From Octopus vulgaris (taxonomy: Eukaryota), in assembly GCA_951406725.2 (NCBI GenBank), contig OX597815.1, positions 187,054,001-187,118,000 on the forward strand: a stretch of DNA of 64,000 nucleotides. Direction: 5' to 3'. Below the pieces are notes generated by a model, which was given only the letters and a program-made list of their open reading frames with translations, did not search any database and was not told the DNA's origin. Position numbers and translations under genes: made by a program. Shown here piece by piece: positions 63,715-64,000 of this stretch (positions are counted from its first letter, which is position 1; each line of letters starts with the position of its first letter).

Positions 63715-64000
63715 TACATATATGTACACGTAAGTAGCTTGTTTACCAACCACATGGTTCCGGTTCAGTCCCACTGTGTGGCACCTTGAGCAAGTGTCTT
63801 CTACTATAGCCTCGTGCCTACCAAAGCCTTGTGAGTGGATTTGGTAGACGGAAACTGAAAGAAGCCCGTCGTATATATGTATATATATATATGTGTGTGT
63901 GTATGTTTGTATGTCTGTGTTTGTCCCCCCAACAATAGCTTAACAACCGATGCTGGCGTGTTTATGTCCCCGTCACTTAGCGGTTCGGCAAAGAGACCGA

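Noticed and set aside
61945-64000. Search for gene 2 exon 4 (GxHRY...)
   Set aside because: No matching sequence in the remaining 2 kb. Gene 1 intron 3 is 5.7 kb, so the exon probably lies beyond the window, and its absence is not evidence of pseudogenisation.

Overview
AT-rich eukaryotic genomic DNA packed with tRNA-derived SINEs, MITEs, Helitrons, LINE/Penelope relics and microsatellites. The repeat families resemble those of octopus genomes (recognised by eye, not by a database search). The window holds two tandem, same-strand, intron-containing genes of the phosphatidylethanolamine-binding protein (PEBP/RKIP) family. Gene 1 is complete (exons 12481-12549, 14922-15042, 23384-23521, 29201-29421; 182 aa) and closely matches my recollection of octopus lens O-crystallin. 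Its ligand-pocket motif is changed from DPDxP to DADFP, and its promoter has a TATA box and a perfect CRE palindrome. Gene 2 (exons 45791-45859, 59479-59599, 61807-61944; last exon beyond the window) is a paralog of about 58% identity with identical exon sizes and phases that keeps DPDSP. The non-coding DNA also contains candidate self-cleaving ribozymes: a cluster of minimal hammerheads with a covarying 3-8 pair, and a P4-less HDV-like fold. Other notable structures are a foldback element family with 8-bp TSDs, a 96-bp satellite derived from a hAT MITE end, a 5'-inverted RTE insertion and a multi-layer nested TE stack. Almost all long ORFs in the supplied track are repeat artefacts.
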